Of a DNA stretch of 32,000 bases, positions 24,632 to 32,000 are shown in pieces (positions within the stretch are counted from its first letter, which is position 1; every line of letters begins with the position of its first letter). This stretch comes from Candidatus Electronema halotolerans (GTDB lineage: Bacteria; Desulfobacterota; Desulfobulbia; Desulfobulbales; Desulfobulbaceae). A program made the translations under genes and the position numbers. The stretch covers positions 2,700,001-2,732,000 of the forward strand of contig OW818675.1 in the NCBI GenBank assembly GCA_942493095.1, read 5' to 3'. The notes under the pieces are model-generated. The model was not told the DNA's origin, searched no databases, and saw nothing but the letters and a program-made list of their open reading frames with translations.

Positions 24632-25204
24632 TCAGCGTTCTGTCATGAGCAGGCCAATCTGCCGTGCTTGAAAGCGTTCGATATTTCTCTTGACATTCTC
24701 TTGGATGAATTTCGAGTTGTCACGAAACGCCTGCTGCTGCACTGCCTGTATTTTTTGCAGCAGATCATCTGGCTGATTGTTCCACAAGGCAGTGCCGGTG
24801 AGTGGGTCGCGCACCTTCAGCTCCTGATTGTCCTGCGAGCAGTTGATGATCGTTGCCGCAAAGATGTTGTTCGGGGTGAGATTGGTGGCGAAGCGGGAGC
24901 CTGAAATGATCAGCAGATCACCTTTCTTAAATGAGAACAGCTCTGGATGCTTGTCAGCATACCATTGCGGGCAGATATGGATCAAATATGAACTGCCAAG
25001 ACTGTCTTTGACAATGAGATGCAGGCCCATTCTGCCAATGGTGGGATTCTTCAGGGTGTTGACGCTTTCCACCTTGGCCATGAAGCGGGTGAAGGTCAGG
25101 CGGCTGTATGGCGGCATGGTCCTTGCTGCCACTGAGGCCGCCATTCCGCAGGTGCAGAGGAGGAGAGCAGTGGCGAGAAAATGCTTCAGAGAAAGGCGCG
25201 GCAT
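24632..25204 (-). CDS. periplasmic hypothetical protein (MamS/MamX-domain-like pattern, tentative)
   Basis: Signal peptide, AGGAG 7 nt upstream of the ATG, and the pattern GLHLIVKD...YLIHICPQWY...KKGDLLIISGSRF...KVRD..G.ALW. That pattern resembles a conserved periplasmic family from memory only. Confidence 0.6.
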   Translation of the reverse strand: MPRLSLKHFLATALLLCTCGMAASVAARTMPPYSRLTFTRFMAKVESVNTLKNPTIGRMGLHLIVKDSLGSSYLIHICPQWYADKHPELFSFKKGDLLIISGSRFATNLTPNNIFAATIINCSQDNQELKVRDPLTGTALWNNQPDDLLQKIQAVQQQAFRDNSKFIQENVKRNIERFQARQIGLLMTER

Positions 25205-25338
25205 GGGAGGCTCCTGCTGGTGATTGTGCTGTCAATGTCCTGAAACAGAAACCGGTTATACAAAATTCATCCAGAAAAGACAAGCGCGGCGGCCAGAAGC
25301 GTCGTGCATCATTGCAAACCACGTTCAAAGGAGGAACA

Positions 25339-26760
25339 ATGCATCATGTCAGGATAATGCTCACCATAACCCTTGCCGTTCTTGCCTTCGCAGGCATCCG
25401 GCCTGCCGCCGCAGAGGAGGAATTTGTCACCGCTCTGACCGGCAAGTTTCCCCCGTTCAGCTATTACGACAGCCAAGGCGACTTGGCCGGGTTTGATGTC
25501 GATATGAGCCGGGAGATCGCCCGCCGCATCAACAAGAAATCACGGATCATCGCCACGGAATGGGACGGCATTCTCGCCGGTCTGCTGGCGCATAAGTACG
25601 ACGCGATCATCGGCTCAATGGCTGTCACGCCAGTCCGCCAGCAGAGCGTTGATTTCTCCACCCCGTACTACCATTCCGGCGCCCAGCTCTTTGTTCATCG
25701 CGACAATCCCAATAAAGTCTATTCCATCTCCGAGTGCGGCGGTCTAAGCATTGCCGTGGTTCTTGGCGAGACCTATCAGCACTTTCTCGAAGAGAGATTC
25801 CCGGCTGTCAAGGTCGTGACCCTCAAATCTGCGGCGGAAATCTTTGCCATGCTGGAGCAGAAGCGGATCACTGGCTTTGTCACCGACCGGCTGGTCGGGG
25901 CTTGGCAGATCAAGGAGGCGGGCCGTTCCTTTGTCCCGGTCGGCGAAATGCTCTACAAGGAGCGGATCGGCATTGCCGTGCGCAAGGACACGCCTGGTCT
26001 GCTCCGGCAGATCAACACCGCACTGGCGGCAATGGAAGATGACGGCACCATGCAGCGCATCCATCAACGCTATTTCGGCCTAGCCAAGACTGACAGCTCC
26101 GCCTTGGGCAAAATGCAGCCCTCGGTGATTGCCGCCAAGCTGCTCAAAGGTTTTGCCGTCAGCTTGGGCATTGCTGTGGCCTCCATTCTGCTTGGCTTCA
26201 TCCTCGCCCTGCCTTGCGGCCTGCTCCTGACCTTTCAGCGCGGCAGCCTCAAGCTGGTGCATTTTCTTGTGCGCGGCATTGTTGATTTCATCCGGGGCAC
26301 ACCGGTGCTGATCCAGCTCCTCTTTGTCTGGCTCGGCCTCGGCCTGTCGCCCTTCCCGGCAGCCATTCTCACCTTGGGCATCTGCGCAATGGCCTACATG
26401 GCTGAGGTCATCCGGGCCGGGCTGATGAGCGTTGATCCGGGCCAGGACTTGGCCGCTCGCGCATTGGGCCTTTCCTCGCTGGACCGCTTCCGCTTTGTCG
26501 TCTGGCCGCAGGCCTTCCGCATCGCCATCCCGCCGCTGATGAACTGCGTGGTTTCCCTGCTCAAGGACACCGCCTTGGTCTCGATCATCTCCATCCCTGA
26601 GCTGATCCGCGAGGCCCAGTCCATCATCAGCGTCACCTTTCAGCCGCGCCTTTATTATCTGATTGCCGGACTGCTCTTCTTTGCCGTCACCTTTCCGCTG
26701 ATGAAGCTGTCCTCCCGGCTGGAGAAAAACATTCAAGCAAAGGGATTCAGCCATGATTGA
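25339..26760 (+). CDS. amino-acid ABC transporter, fused periplasmic substrate-binding domain (family 3) and permease
   Basis: Signal peptide plus an SBP_bac_3-like region (FPPFSYYD..GDLAGFDVDM..EWDGILAGLLAHKYDAIIGSMAVT), followed by a His/Glu/Gln/Arg-type permease (RGTPVLIQLLFVW, EVIRAGLMSVDPGQ..AARALGL). AAAGGAGGA precedes ATG 25339. Confidence 0.85.
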   Translation: MHHVRIMLTITLAVLAFAGIRPAAAEEEFVTALTGKFPPFSYYDSQGDLAGFDVDMSREIARRINKKSRIIATEWDGILAGLLAHKYDAIIGSMAVTPVRQQSVDFSTPYYHSGAQLFVHRDNPNKVYSISECGGLSIAVVLGETYQHFLEERFPAVKVVTLKSAAEIFAMLEQKRITGFVTDRLVGAWQIKEAGRSFVPVGEMLYKERIGIAVRKDTPGLLRQINTALAAMEDDGTMQRIHQRYFGLAKTDSSALGKMQPSVIAAKLLKGFAVSLGIAVASILLGFILALPCGLLLTFQRGSLKLVHFLVRGIVDFIRGTPVLIQLLFVWLGLGLSPFPAAILTLGICAMAYMAEVIRAGLMSVDPGQDLAARALGLSSLDRFRFVVWPQAFRIAIPPLMNCVVSLLKDTALVSIISIPELIREAQSIISVTFQPRLYYLIAGLLFFAVTFPLMKLSSRLEKNIQAKGFSHD

Positions 26761-27424
26761 AGTCAAGAACGTTTCCTACACCTACGCGGACGGCACTCCG
26801 GCAGTGCAGGATGTCAGCATCACCTTTCCTGAGCAGGGCATCTTTGCGGTCATGGGCCTGTCCGGCTCCGGCAAGACCACCCTGCTCAACTGCCTTGCCC
26901 GTTTTCTCTTTCCGCAGGAAGGCAAGATTCTCTTGGACGGACAGGATATTCTGGAGATGGAGAAGACGGCCTTCCGCCAGCAGGTCGGGGTGGTGTTTCA
27001 GAAGCTCAATCTTTTTCCGCATCTGAATGTGCTGGAAAACATGATGCTGGCCCTTGAGCGGGTGCAGGGGAAGAGCAAGGGCACTGCGCAGGCAGAAGCG
27101 ATGGACATTCTTGAGCGGCTCAAAATCGCTGAACTGGCGGACAATTATCCGGCCCAGATCAGCGGCGGCCAGGCGCAGCGGGCAGCCATTGCCCGTGGCT
27201 TGGCTCTGAAGCCCAAGTTCATGCTTTTGGATGAGCCGACCAGCGCCTTGGATGCGGCAACCACCTCGAACTTTGCCCAATGGCTGCGTGAGCTTCAGGC
27301 AGTAACCAGCTTTATTATCGTCACCCATGACCTGCCTTTTGCTGAACAGGCGGCGGAGCTGGGCGTGTTCATGGAGCAAGGCCAAGTGCGGGAAAGAGGG
27401 CGGATCAGCGAGGTGCTTGCATAG
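26753..27424 (+). CDS. amino-acid ABC transporter ATP-binding protein
   Basis: Walker A GLSGSGKTT, signature ISGGQAQR, Walker B FMLLDEPTSALD. It overlaps the upstream permease gene by 8 nt. Confidence 0.9.
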   Translation: MIEVKNVSYTYADGTPAVQDVSITFPEQGIFAVMGLSGSGKTTLLNCLARFLFPQEGKILLDGQDILEMEKTAFRQQVGVVFQKLNLFPHLNVLENMMLALERVQGKSKGTAQAEAMDILERLKIAELADNYPAQISGGQAQRAAIARGLALKPKFMLLDEPTSALDAATTSNFAQWLRELQAVTSFIIVTHDLPFAEQAAELGVFMEQGQVRERGRISEVLA

Positions 27425-27638
27425 CTGAAGCGATGGTGTCCCGCTGCTGTCTCAAAAATGTGGTAATATTAACGAGTTCGTATTGCATCAACTTTTTTGA
27501 TTCACCAACAGAGGGGCATTTTACACTGCGGAAAAGTGATGGATGGCAAGCAGGAACAGCCTCATGATAGCTGTGGCCGTCTTTCACCCAGTCCCGGACA
27601 TCCTCCAGATCGATTCCCAGAAGAATGGCGCTCATTGT

Positions 27639-28688
27639 TCACCCGCCAATCCGTGACATCCGCCCGTGGCAGCCACCTTCCTGCTGGCGGAGCCGCTCCT
27701 CCATGCGATGGCCCTGCGGCTTGCTGCGGACAGCGGCCAGCAGCGCGGCCCGGATATCCTCGTCCGTGCAGCCTTGCCGAAGCAGGGCGCGGAGATCAGT
27801 CTCCGCATCGTGCAGCAGACAGGCCCGGAGTCTGCCTTCTGAGGTCAGACGGAGACGGTTGCAGCGGTCGCAGAAATGGTGACTGAGAGGACTGATGAAA
27901 CCGAGCCTGCCTTTGGCATCCGCACCGAGTTGGAACATCCGGGCCGGGCCGTCGGTTTCGCTGCGTGGCACAGGAATCAGCTCGCCCAAGTTGTGCAGCC
28001 GCTCTTTGATTCGGTCGGAACAGAGATAGGTATCCGCATTCCAGCGCGAGGATGCGCCCATCGGCATGAACTCAATGAAGCGCACGTGCAAGTCGGTGTC
28101 GCGGGAAAGGCGGGCAAAGTCAGCCAGCTCATCGTCGTTCACGCCGCGCATGACCACCATGTTCAGCTTGACTGGGGCAAAACCGACAGCCCGCGCCTTT
28201 TCAATCCCGCGCCAGACTTGCGCAAAGCAATCCACGCCGGTGATTTTGGCGAAGCGTTCCGGCTTGAGGCTGTCCAAGCTGATGTTGATCTTGCTGATTC
28301 CAGCGGCCCGCAGCCCTTCGGCATATTTTTCCAGCAGCACCCCGTTGGTGGTGATGCGGATGTCGCGCAGGCCGTCAATGTTGCCAAGCTGACTGATGAA
28401 ACGCATCACGTCCCGCCGCACTAACGGCTCGCCGCCGGTCAGGCGCAGCTTGCTCATGCCCATGCCAGCCGCCGCCTGCACCACCCGGAGCAGCTCCTCA
28501 TACGTGAGCAGGTCGCTGTGCCGGAGCAGTTTGCCTTGCCGTCCTTCTGGAGCGCAGTAAAGGCAGTTCAGGTTGCAGCGGTCAGTGAGCGAGAGCCGCA
28601 GATAGGAGATGGTGCGGTCAAAAAGATCGGTGAGCAGACGCTTTTCCGAGGAAGGCGCGGTGCTGGAAACGCTTTTGCTTGCGGGCAT
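27639..28688 (-). CDS. moaA: GTP 3',8-cyclase (molybdenum cofactor biosynthesis, radical SAM)
   Basis: YLRLSLTDRCNLNCLYC (CxxxCxxC), a C-terminal auxiliary-cluster region (CDRCNRLRLTSEGRLRAC), and the terminal GG. Confidence 0.92.
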   Translation of the reverse strand: MPASKSVSSTAPSSEKRLLTDLFDRTISYLRLSLTDRCNLNCLYCAPEGRQGKLLRHSDLLTYEELLRVVQAAAGMGMSKLRLTGGEPLVRRDVMRFISQLGNIDGLRDIRITTNGVLLEKYAEGLRAAGISKINISLDSLKPERFAKITGVDCFAQVWRGIEKARAVGFAPVKLNMVVMRGVNDDELADFARLSRDTDLHVRFIEFMPMGASSRWNADTYLCSDRIKERLHNLGELIPVPRSETDGPARMFQLGADAKGRLGFISPLSHHFCDRCNRLRLTSEGRLRACLLHDAETDLRALLRQGCTDEDIRAALLAAVRSKPQGHRMEERLRQQEGGCHGRMSRIGG

Positions 28689-28749
28689 TGATGTGAGCCT
28701 GTATTTTCTCTATGGTCAGTAATAATTTTCACCAGAACGTGCAAATGCC

Positions 28750-29493
28750 ATGCAGCAGAATATATACGACGATCCAACCTTTTTTGCCAAGTATAAAGCC
28801 ATGCGGGAATCAGCGGCTGAACTGAATCAGGTGCTGGAGCAGCCTGCGGTCCGTTCCCTGCTGCCGGAACTGAACGGCAAAACCGTGCTTGATCTTGGCT
28901 GCGGCACAGGGATTTTGTCCAGGTACCTTGTCCGGCACGGCGCAAAGCAAGTGGTCGGTGTTGACATCAGCAAAAAAATGCTTGAGACTGCCCGTCAACA
29001 AACAAATGACCAACGCATTGTTTTTCTTGAATCGGCAATAGAAAATTTTGATTTTCTCTCCGAACAGTTTGATCTGGCAGTCAGCTCGTTAGCATTCCAT
29101 TACCTTGCTGATCTTGATGACATTTTCAGAAAGATCAATGCTTGTCTGAAAGAAGACGGCCTGCTGGTCTTTTCTATGGAGCATCCCATCATCACCTGCT
29201 CGCAAGGCATTCATCCAGGCTGGGAAACAGATGAAACCGGTCAGAAAAAATACTGGCAGGTGGATGCCTATTCCCAAGAAGGGATACGACAAAGTCACTG
29301 GCATGTTGACGGAGTGGTCAGATACCATAGAAAGCTGTCATCCATTCTTAACAGTCTTTTTGCCAACGGTTTTTGGATCAACAAGGTCTGGGAGCCTCAT
29401 GCGCTGGAGGAGGCGGAACAGGAGCGGCCCTGTCTGCTTGAAGAACGAAGAAGGCCGCCTTTTCTCGTGATCAAAGCCAGCAAGCGCAGTTAA
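28750..29493 (+). CDS. class I SAM-dependent methyltransferase
   Basis: VLDLGCGTGILSRYLVRHGAKQVVGVDISKKML (motifs I/II) and DLAVSSLAFHYL. Confidence 0.8.
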   Translation: MQQNIYDDPTFFAKYKAMRESAAELNQVLEQPAVRSLLPELNGKTVLDLGCGTGILSRYLVRHGAKQVVGVDISKKMLETARQQTNDQRIVFLESAIENFDFLSEQFDLAVSSLAFHYLADLDDIFRKINACLKEDGLLVFSMEHPIITCSQGIHPGWETDETGQKKYWQVDAYSQEGIRQSHWHVDGVVRYHRKLSSILNSLFANGFWINKVWEPHALEEAEQERPCLLEERRRPPFLVIKASKRS

Positions 29494-30467
29494 GGCTGCT
29501 GCGTCCGCAGGCAGTTTTCGACCTTGACTGGCCGCTGAATCTGTTTCTCGCCCAGCATGATGGCCTCGGTCTGCTGCCACGCAGCCTTGTCAATCGTGCC
29601 GATGTTGACCGAAGCGTCAGGCTGAACCAGCTCCCGCGTGACGGCAAGCTGCTTGCGCATGGTCTCTTTTTGACCGTCCCGCTTCAGCTTGCCGACAGCG
29701 GCCAGCACCGCCTCCTCGTTGGCCGGATTCATGGCAGCTTCCCAGCCTGCCAGCAGAGCGGCAGTGAATTTCTCCACAAGCTGCGGCTGTTCCTTCAGCA
29801 TTCGTTCTGAGGTGATGACGGAATTGGCAACAAAGTTGACCCCGAATTTGGCCGGATCAAAGAAGCGCACTTGCTCACCTGCTTGAGCCAGTCTGTCCTT
29901 GAGCAGCACCCCCTGCGTGTTGCGATAGACCGGCCAAATATCGACCTTACCGGTCAGGAAGGGCGTGAAATCAAAGCGCACACCGCTCAGGCGGACATCC
30001 TCCTTGCTCAGACCGGCCTTGGCCAGCAGGGTGTTCATCACAGTCTCGTCGTTGCCGCCAAAAGTCACGCCAATATTCCTGTCTTTCAGGTCAGCCAAGG
30101 TTTTGATTTCCGGCTGATCAGCTCGGTAAATCCACTGCATCGGGCTGATTTGAAATATCTGCGCCAGCACAACTAATTTCGCCCCTTTCTCCAAGGCGCG
30201 GACGACCTGATCCGCTGAAGCGCAGCCAAAATCAGCCCGGCCCAGCTCCAGTTCCCTGATTGCATTTTTCTCCGGGCTGCCTTCCTTGACGTTGACCTTC
30301 AAACCAGATTTGGCGAAAAAGCCGCCGCTGTCCGCATAGATGTCGCCAGCCGCGCCGATGTTGAACAGCCACTTGAGCCGATAATTCAGCTCTGTCTGTT
30401 CAGCCTGCGCAGCAATTGCGAAAAAGAGCAGAAGAATGGCCGCGATAATTGCGCTGATTCTGTTCAT
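29490..30467 (-). CDS. ABC transporter substrate-binding protein (NMT1/THI5-like, SsuA/TauA/ThiY type)
   Basis: Signal peptide, AAAGGAGA upstream of the ATG, and the NMT1-like pattern (LKWLFNIGAAGDIYAD..GFFAKSGLKV). It forms an operon with the permease and ATPase genes. Confidence 0.8.
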   Translation of the reverse strand: MNRISAIIAAILLLFFAIAAQAEQTELNYRLKWLFNIGAAGDIYADSGGFFAKSGLKVNVKEGSPEKNAIRELELGRADFGCASADQVVRALEKGAKLVVLAQIFQISPMQWIYRADQPEIKTLADLKDRNIGVTFGGNDETVMNTLLAKAGLSKEDVRLSGVRFDFTPFLTGKVDIWPVYRNTQGVLLKDRLAQAGEQVRFFDPAKFGVNFVANSVITSERMLKEQPQLVEKFTAALLAGWEAAMNPANEEAVLAAVGKLKRDGQKETMRKQLAVTRELVQPDASVNIGTIDKAAWQQTEAIMLGEKQIQRPVKVENCLRTQQP

Positions 30468-30482
30468 GAAATGCGTCTCCTT

Positions 30483-31232
30483 TTATGTGCCGGACCATAT
30501 CTGGGTGATCCGTGCGCCAATGGTTTCAAGCAGGCCCTGATAGACGGTAATGACAATGCCGATCAGAAACAGGGCTGTGAGTATTTTGGCCATGTCGCTT
30601 TGATACAGCGCAGTGCGGATGCTGTAGCCAATGCCCGCGTCCGCAGCAATGAACTCGGCGACAATGGTTCCAGCCAAGGCCAAGGATGCACTGCCGGAGA
30701 TCACGGTGCTCAGTTTGCTCAGGTTTTCAAAGGCCCGGATTTTCACCTCCAGCCGCCAGTTCATCTGCCCTGTGGCGTGATAGAAATGCTCGATGTCCTC
30801 GACTGGCGCGGTCATGATGCCGAGCACCGAGAGAAGCAGCGGGAAGTAGCAGATCATCGAGGCGATCAAGAGCCGGGACAGGAAGCCGTCGCCGAGAAGA
30901 ATGAAGATGATCGGAGCAAGGGCGACAATCGGGTAGGACTGGATGCTGTAGGCTGCGGCTCTGATCAGCGAGCCGAGCCAGGAGGATTTGCGCCCTGCGA
31001 TGCCCACGGCAAAGGCTAGGGCGATGGAGATGAACTGGCCGAGCACGGTCACGGCCAAGGTGCTGAACACAGCGGTCACGTATTCTTTCACCACTTGGCC
31101 TGCGGTGCTGAAGAGCAAGGCAATGTCCGGCAGAACATAGTTGGACAGGCCGAGAGCATACTTCAGGCCGAAGAGAAAGGTCAGGCCGAGGCAATAGATA
31201 AAGAAAAATTGGCCGAGTTTTCTAACAAGCAT
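30483..31232 (-). CDS. ABC transporter permease (SsuC/TauC/ThiX type)
   Basis: 249 aa with ~6 hydrophobic segments. It is positioned between the ATPase and SBP genes and overlaps the ATPase gene by 11 nt. Confidence 0.85.
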   Translation of the reverse strand: MLVRKLGQFFFIYCLGLTFLFGLKYALGLSNYVLPDIALLFSTAGQVVKEYVTAVFSTLAVTVLGQFISIALAFAVGIAGRKSSWLGSLIRAAAYSIQSYPIVALAPIIFILLGDGFLSRLLIASMICYFPLLLSVLGIMTAPVEDIEHFYHATGQMNWRLEVKIRAFENLSKLSTVISGSASLALAGTIVAEFIAADAGIGYSIRTALYQSDMAKILTALFLIGIVITVYQGLLETIGARITQIWSGT

Positions 31233-31905
31233 TCATGATCTCCAACATGACGGCATCAAGTTTGCTTTTATCGAGGACATAATTCTGTCTGTAGTCTAAT
31301 CCGTGCAGCACCCGGTAGCTGGCAGCATCAAGCAGGACGACAACATCTTTGCAGAATTTGGCCACTTCAAGCAGGTTGTGAGATATGCAGAGAAACATCT
31401 TGTCCGGGAAAAGCTGCTTGATGTGCAGAATGATGCGCTCGCGCAGCTTTTCATCAACATTGGCAAGGCTTTCGTCCATGATCAGCAGATCGAAATCTTG
31501 CAGCAGATAGCGGAGGAGATTGATGCGGTTGCGCTGGCCCAAGGAAAGCTGGGAAAACTTGGCCTGCATAAGGTTGCGCAGGCCGAAAATTGCTGTCAAT
31601 TCCTGCCGCAGCTCTTCTTTGCCCGGCGGAGCTGCTTCGTCCAAATGCTGCTCAAGCGTTGCCCAGCCCGGCAGCCGCTCCAAGTTGTAGGAATAGAGAA
31701 TTGTGCTGATGCCTTCTGTCCTGATTTCACCTGCGGAAGGGGCAATGCTGCCCGCCAGAATGCGGGCCAAGGAGCTTTTGCCGACCCCAGAAGGCCCGAA
31801 GACCGCGTTGAAGCCCGGCTCATGCAGGGAAAAGCAGAGATTGTTCAGCACGTCAGCGCGGCTGTCCGGGTAGGTGAAGCGCAGCTCCTTGCATTCCAGC
31901 AGCAT
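31222..31905 (-). CDS. ABC transporter ATP-binding protein (SsuB/TauB/ThiZ type)
   Basis: Walker A GPSGVGKSS, signature-like LSLGQRNR, Walker B LLIMDESLANVD. Confidence 0.88.
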   Translation of the reverse strand: MLLECKELRFTYPDSRADVLNNLCFSLHEPGFNAVFGPSGVGKSSLARILAGSIAPSAGEIRTEGISTILYSYNLERLPGWATLEQHLDEAAPPGKEELRQELTAIFGLRNLMQAKFSQLSLGQRNRINLLRYLLQDFDLLIMDESLANVDEKLRERIILHIKQLFPDKMFLCISHNLLEVAKFCKDVVVLLDAASYRVLHGLDYRQNYVLDKSKLDAVMLEIMNAC

Positions 31906-32000
31906 GATGTTTCCTTGGCAAGAGTAACTGCAACAGGCAGTTCTTCATGGGGAGAAAGCAGGCCGAGCCTTCTTGAGGCAAGGCATATTTTCTGGACTTT

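Noticed and set aside
4092-27385. Other long antisense ORFs: 4092-5090(+), 5625-6233(-), 6315-7079(-), 7881-9005(-), 15123-15914(-), 16325-17188(-), 23684-24604(-), 26080-26766(-), 26747-27385(-), 27876-28424(+), 30471-31019(+)
   Set aside because: Each lies opposite a gene with clear family motifs and has Arg/Ala/Gly/Pro-biased, motif-free sequence. These are shadow ORFs expected in GC-rich DNA.
27405-27635. 76-aa ORF immediately downstream of moaA (MSAILLGIDLEDVRDW...)
   Set aside because: It overlaps the 3' end of the ABC ATPase gene by 20 nt. Its second half lies in AT-rich spacer DNA. The first ~15 residues vaguely recall the N-terminus of polysaccharide deacetylases, so it could be a gene remnant. 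I cannot support it as a functional CDS.
28689-28749. Molybdenum-cofactor riboswitch upstream of moaA
   Set aside because: The spacer to the divergent methyltransferase gene is only 61 nt. That is too short for the ~130-150-nt Moco RNA motif.
1-32000. CRISPR arrays, tRNA/rRNA genes, transposases, integrases, prophage genes
   Set aside because: I saw no regularly spaced repeats, no T-loop/acceptor-like tRNA signatures in the spacers I read, and no ORF with recombinase, transposase or phage structural motifs. The accessory patches therefore lack an obvious mobility gene in this window.
31906-32000. Possible 3' end of another minus-strand gene at the window edge
   Set aside because: One open frame ends at a TGA about 40 nt upstream of the ATPase start, at ~31945-31947. 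Fewer than 20 codons are visible and they carry no motif, so no call can be made.

Overview
This is a GC-rich chromosomal segment. Hand counts of single 60-nt lines give about 53-67% GC in most genes. I call about 31 protein-coding genes and see no rRNA, tRNA, CRISPR array, transposase or integrase. Most of the content is housekeeping or envelope-related: queA, a futalosine-hydrolase-like nucleosidase, a LysM lytic transglycosylase, a very large class A PBP, gmd, panC, gltX, moaA and cbiG. There is also an orphan FrdB/SdhB-type Fe-S subunit, a class I c-type cytochrome, two SAM methyltransferases and two ABC transporters. A four-gene polysaccharide operon runs GT-C, GT2, GT2, then a priming phosphotransferase. 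This gene set weakly suggests an anaerobic Desulfobacterota-like organism, but that is inference only. The best candidate for a poorly described system is a compact accessory patch between gmd and panC (10.2-13.3 kb). It holds an EACC1-like small protein whose 3' end overlaps the start of a caspase (peptidase C14) that carries an EF-hand-like loop and a C-terminal DUF1566 lectin-like domain. A strong hairpin terminator sits 8 nt upstream of the module's ribosome-binding site, and a secreted CAP/SCP protein and a low-GC mini-ORF flank it. No STAND/NTPase partner is present in the window. Other points worth a second look: a ~33-38% GC GT-C membrane glycosyltransferase seamlessly fused into the GC-rich polysaccharide operon; a perfect 22-bp-arm inverted repeat plus a recurring AAGTCATG motif in the divergent region upstream of cbiG; cbiG tightly linked to an orphan frdB-like gene; a ~220-290-residue insertion in the PBP transpeptidase domain; and convergent genes that abut or overlap with no room for terminators.
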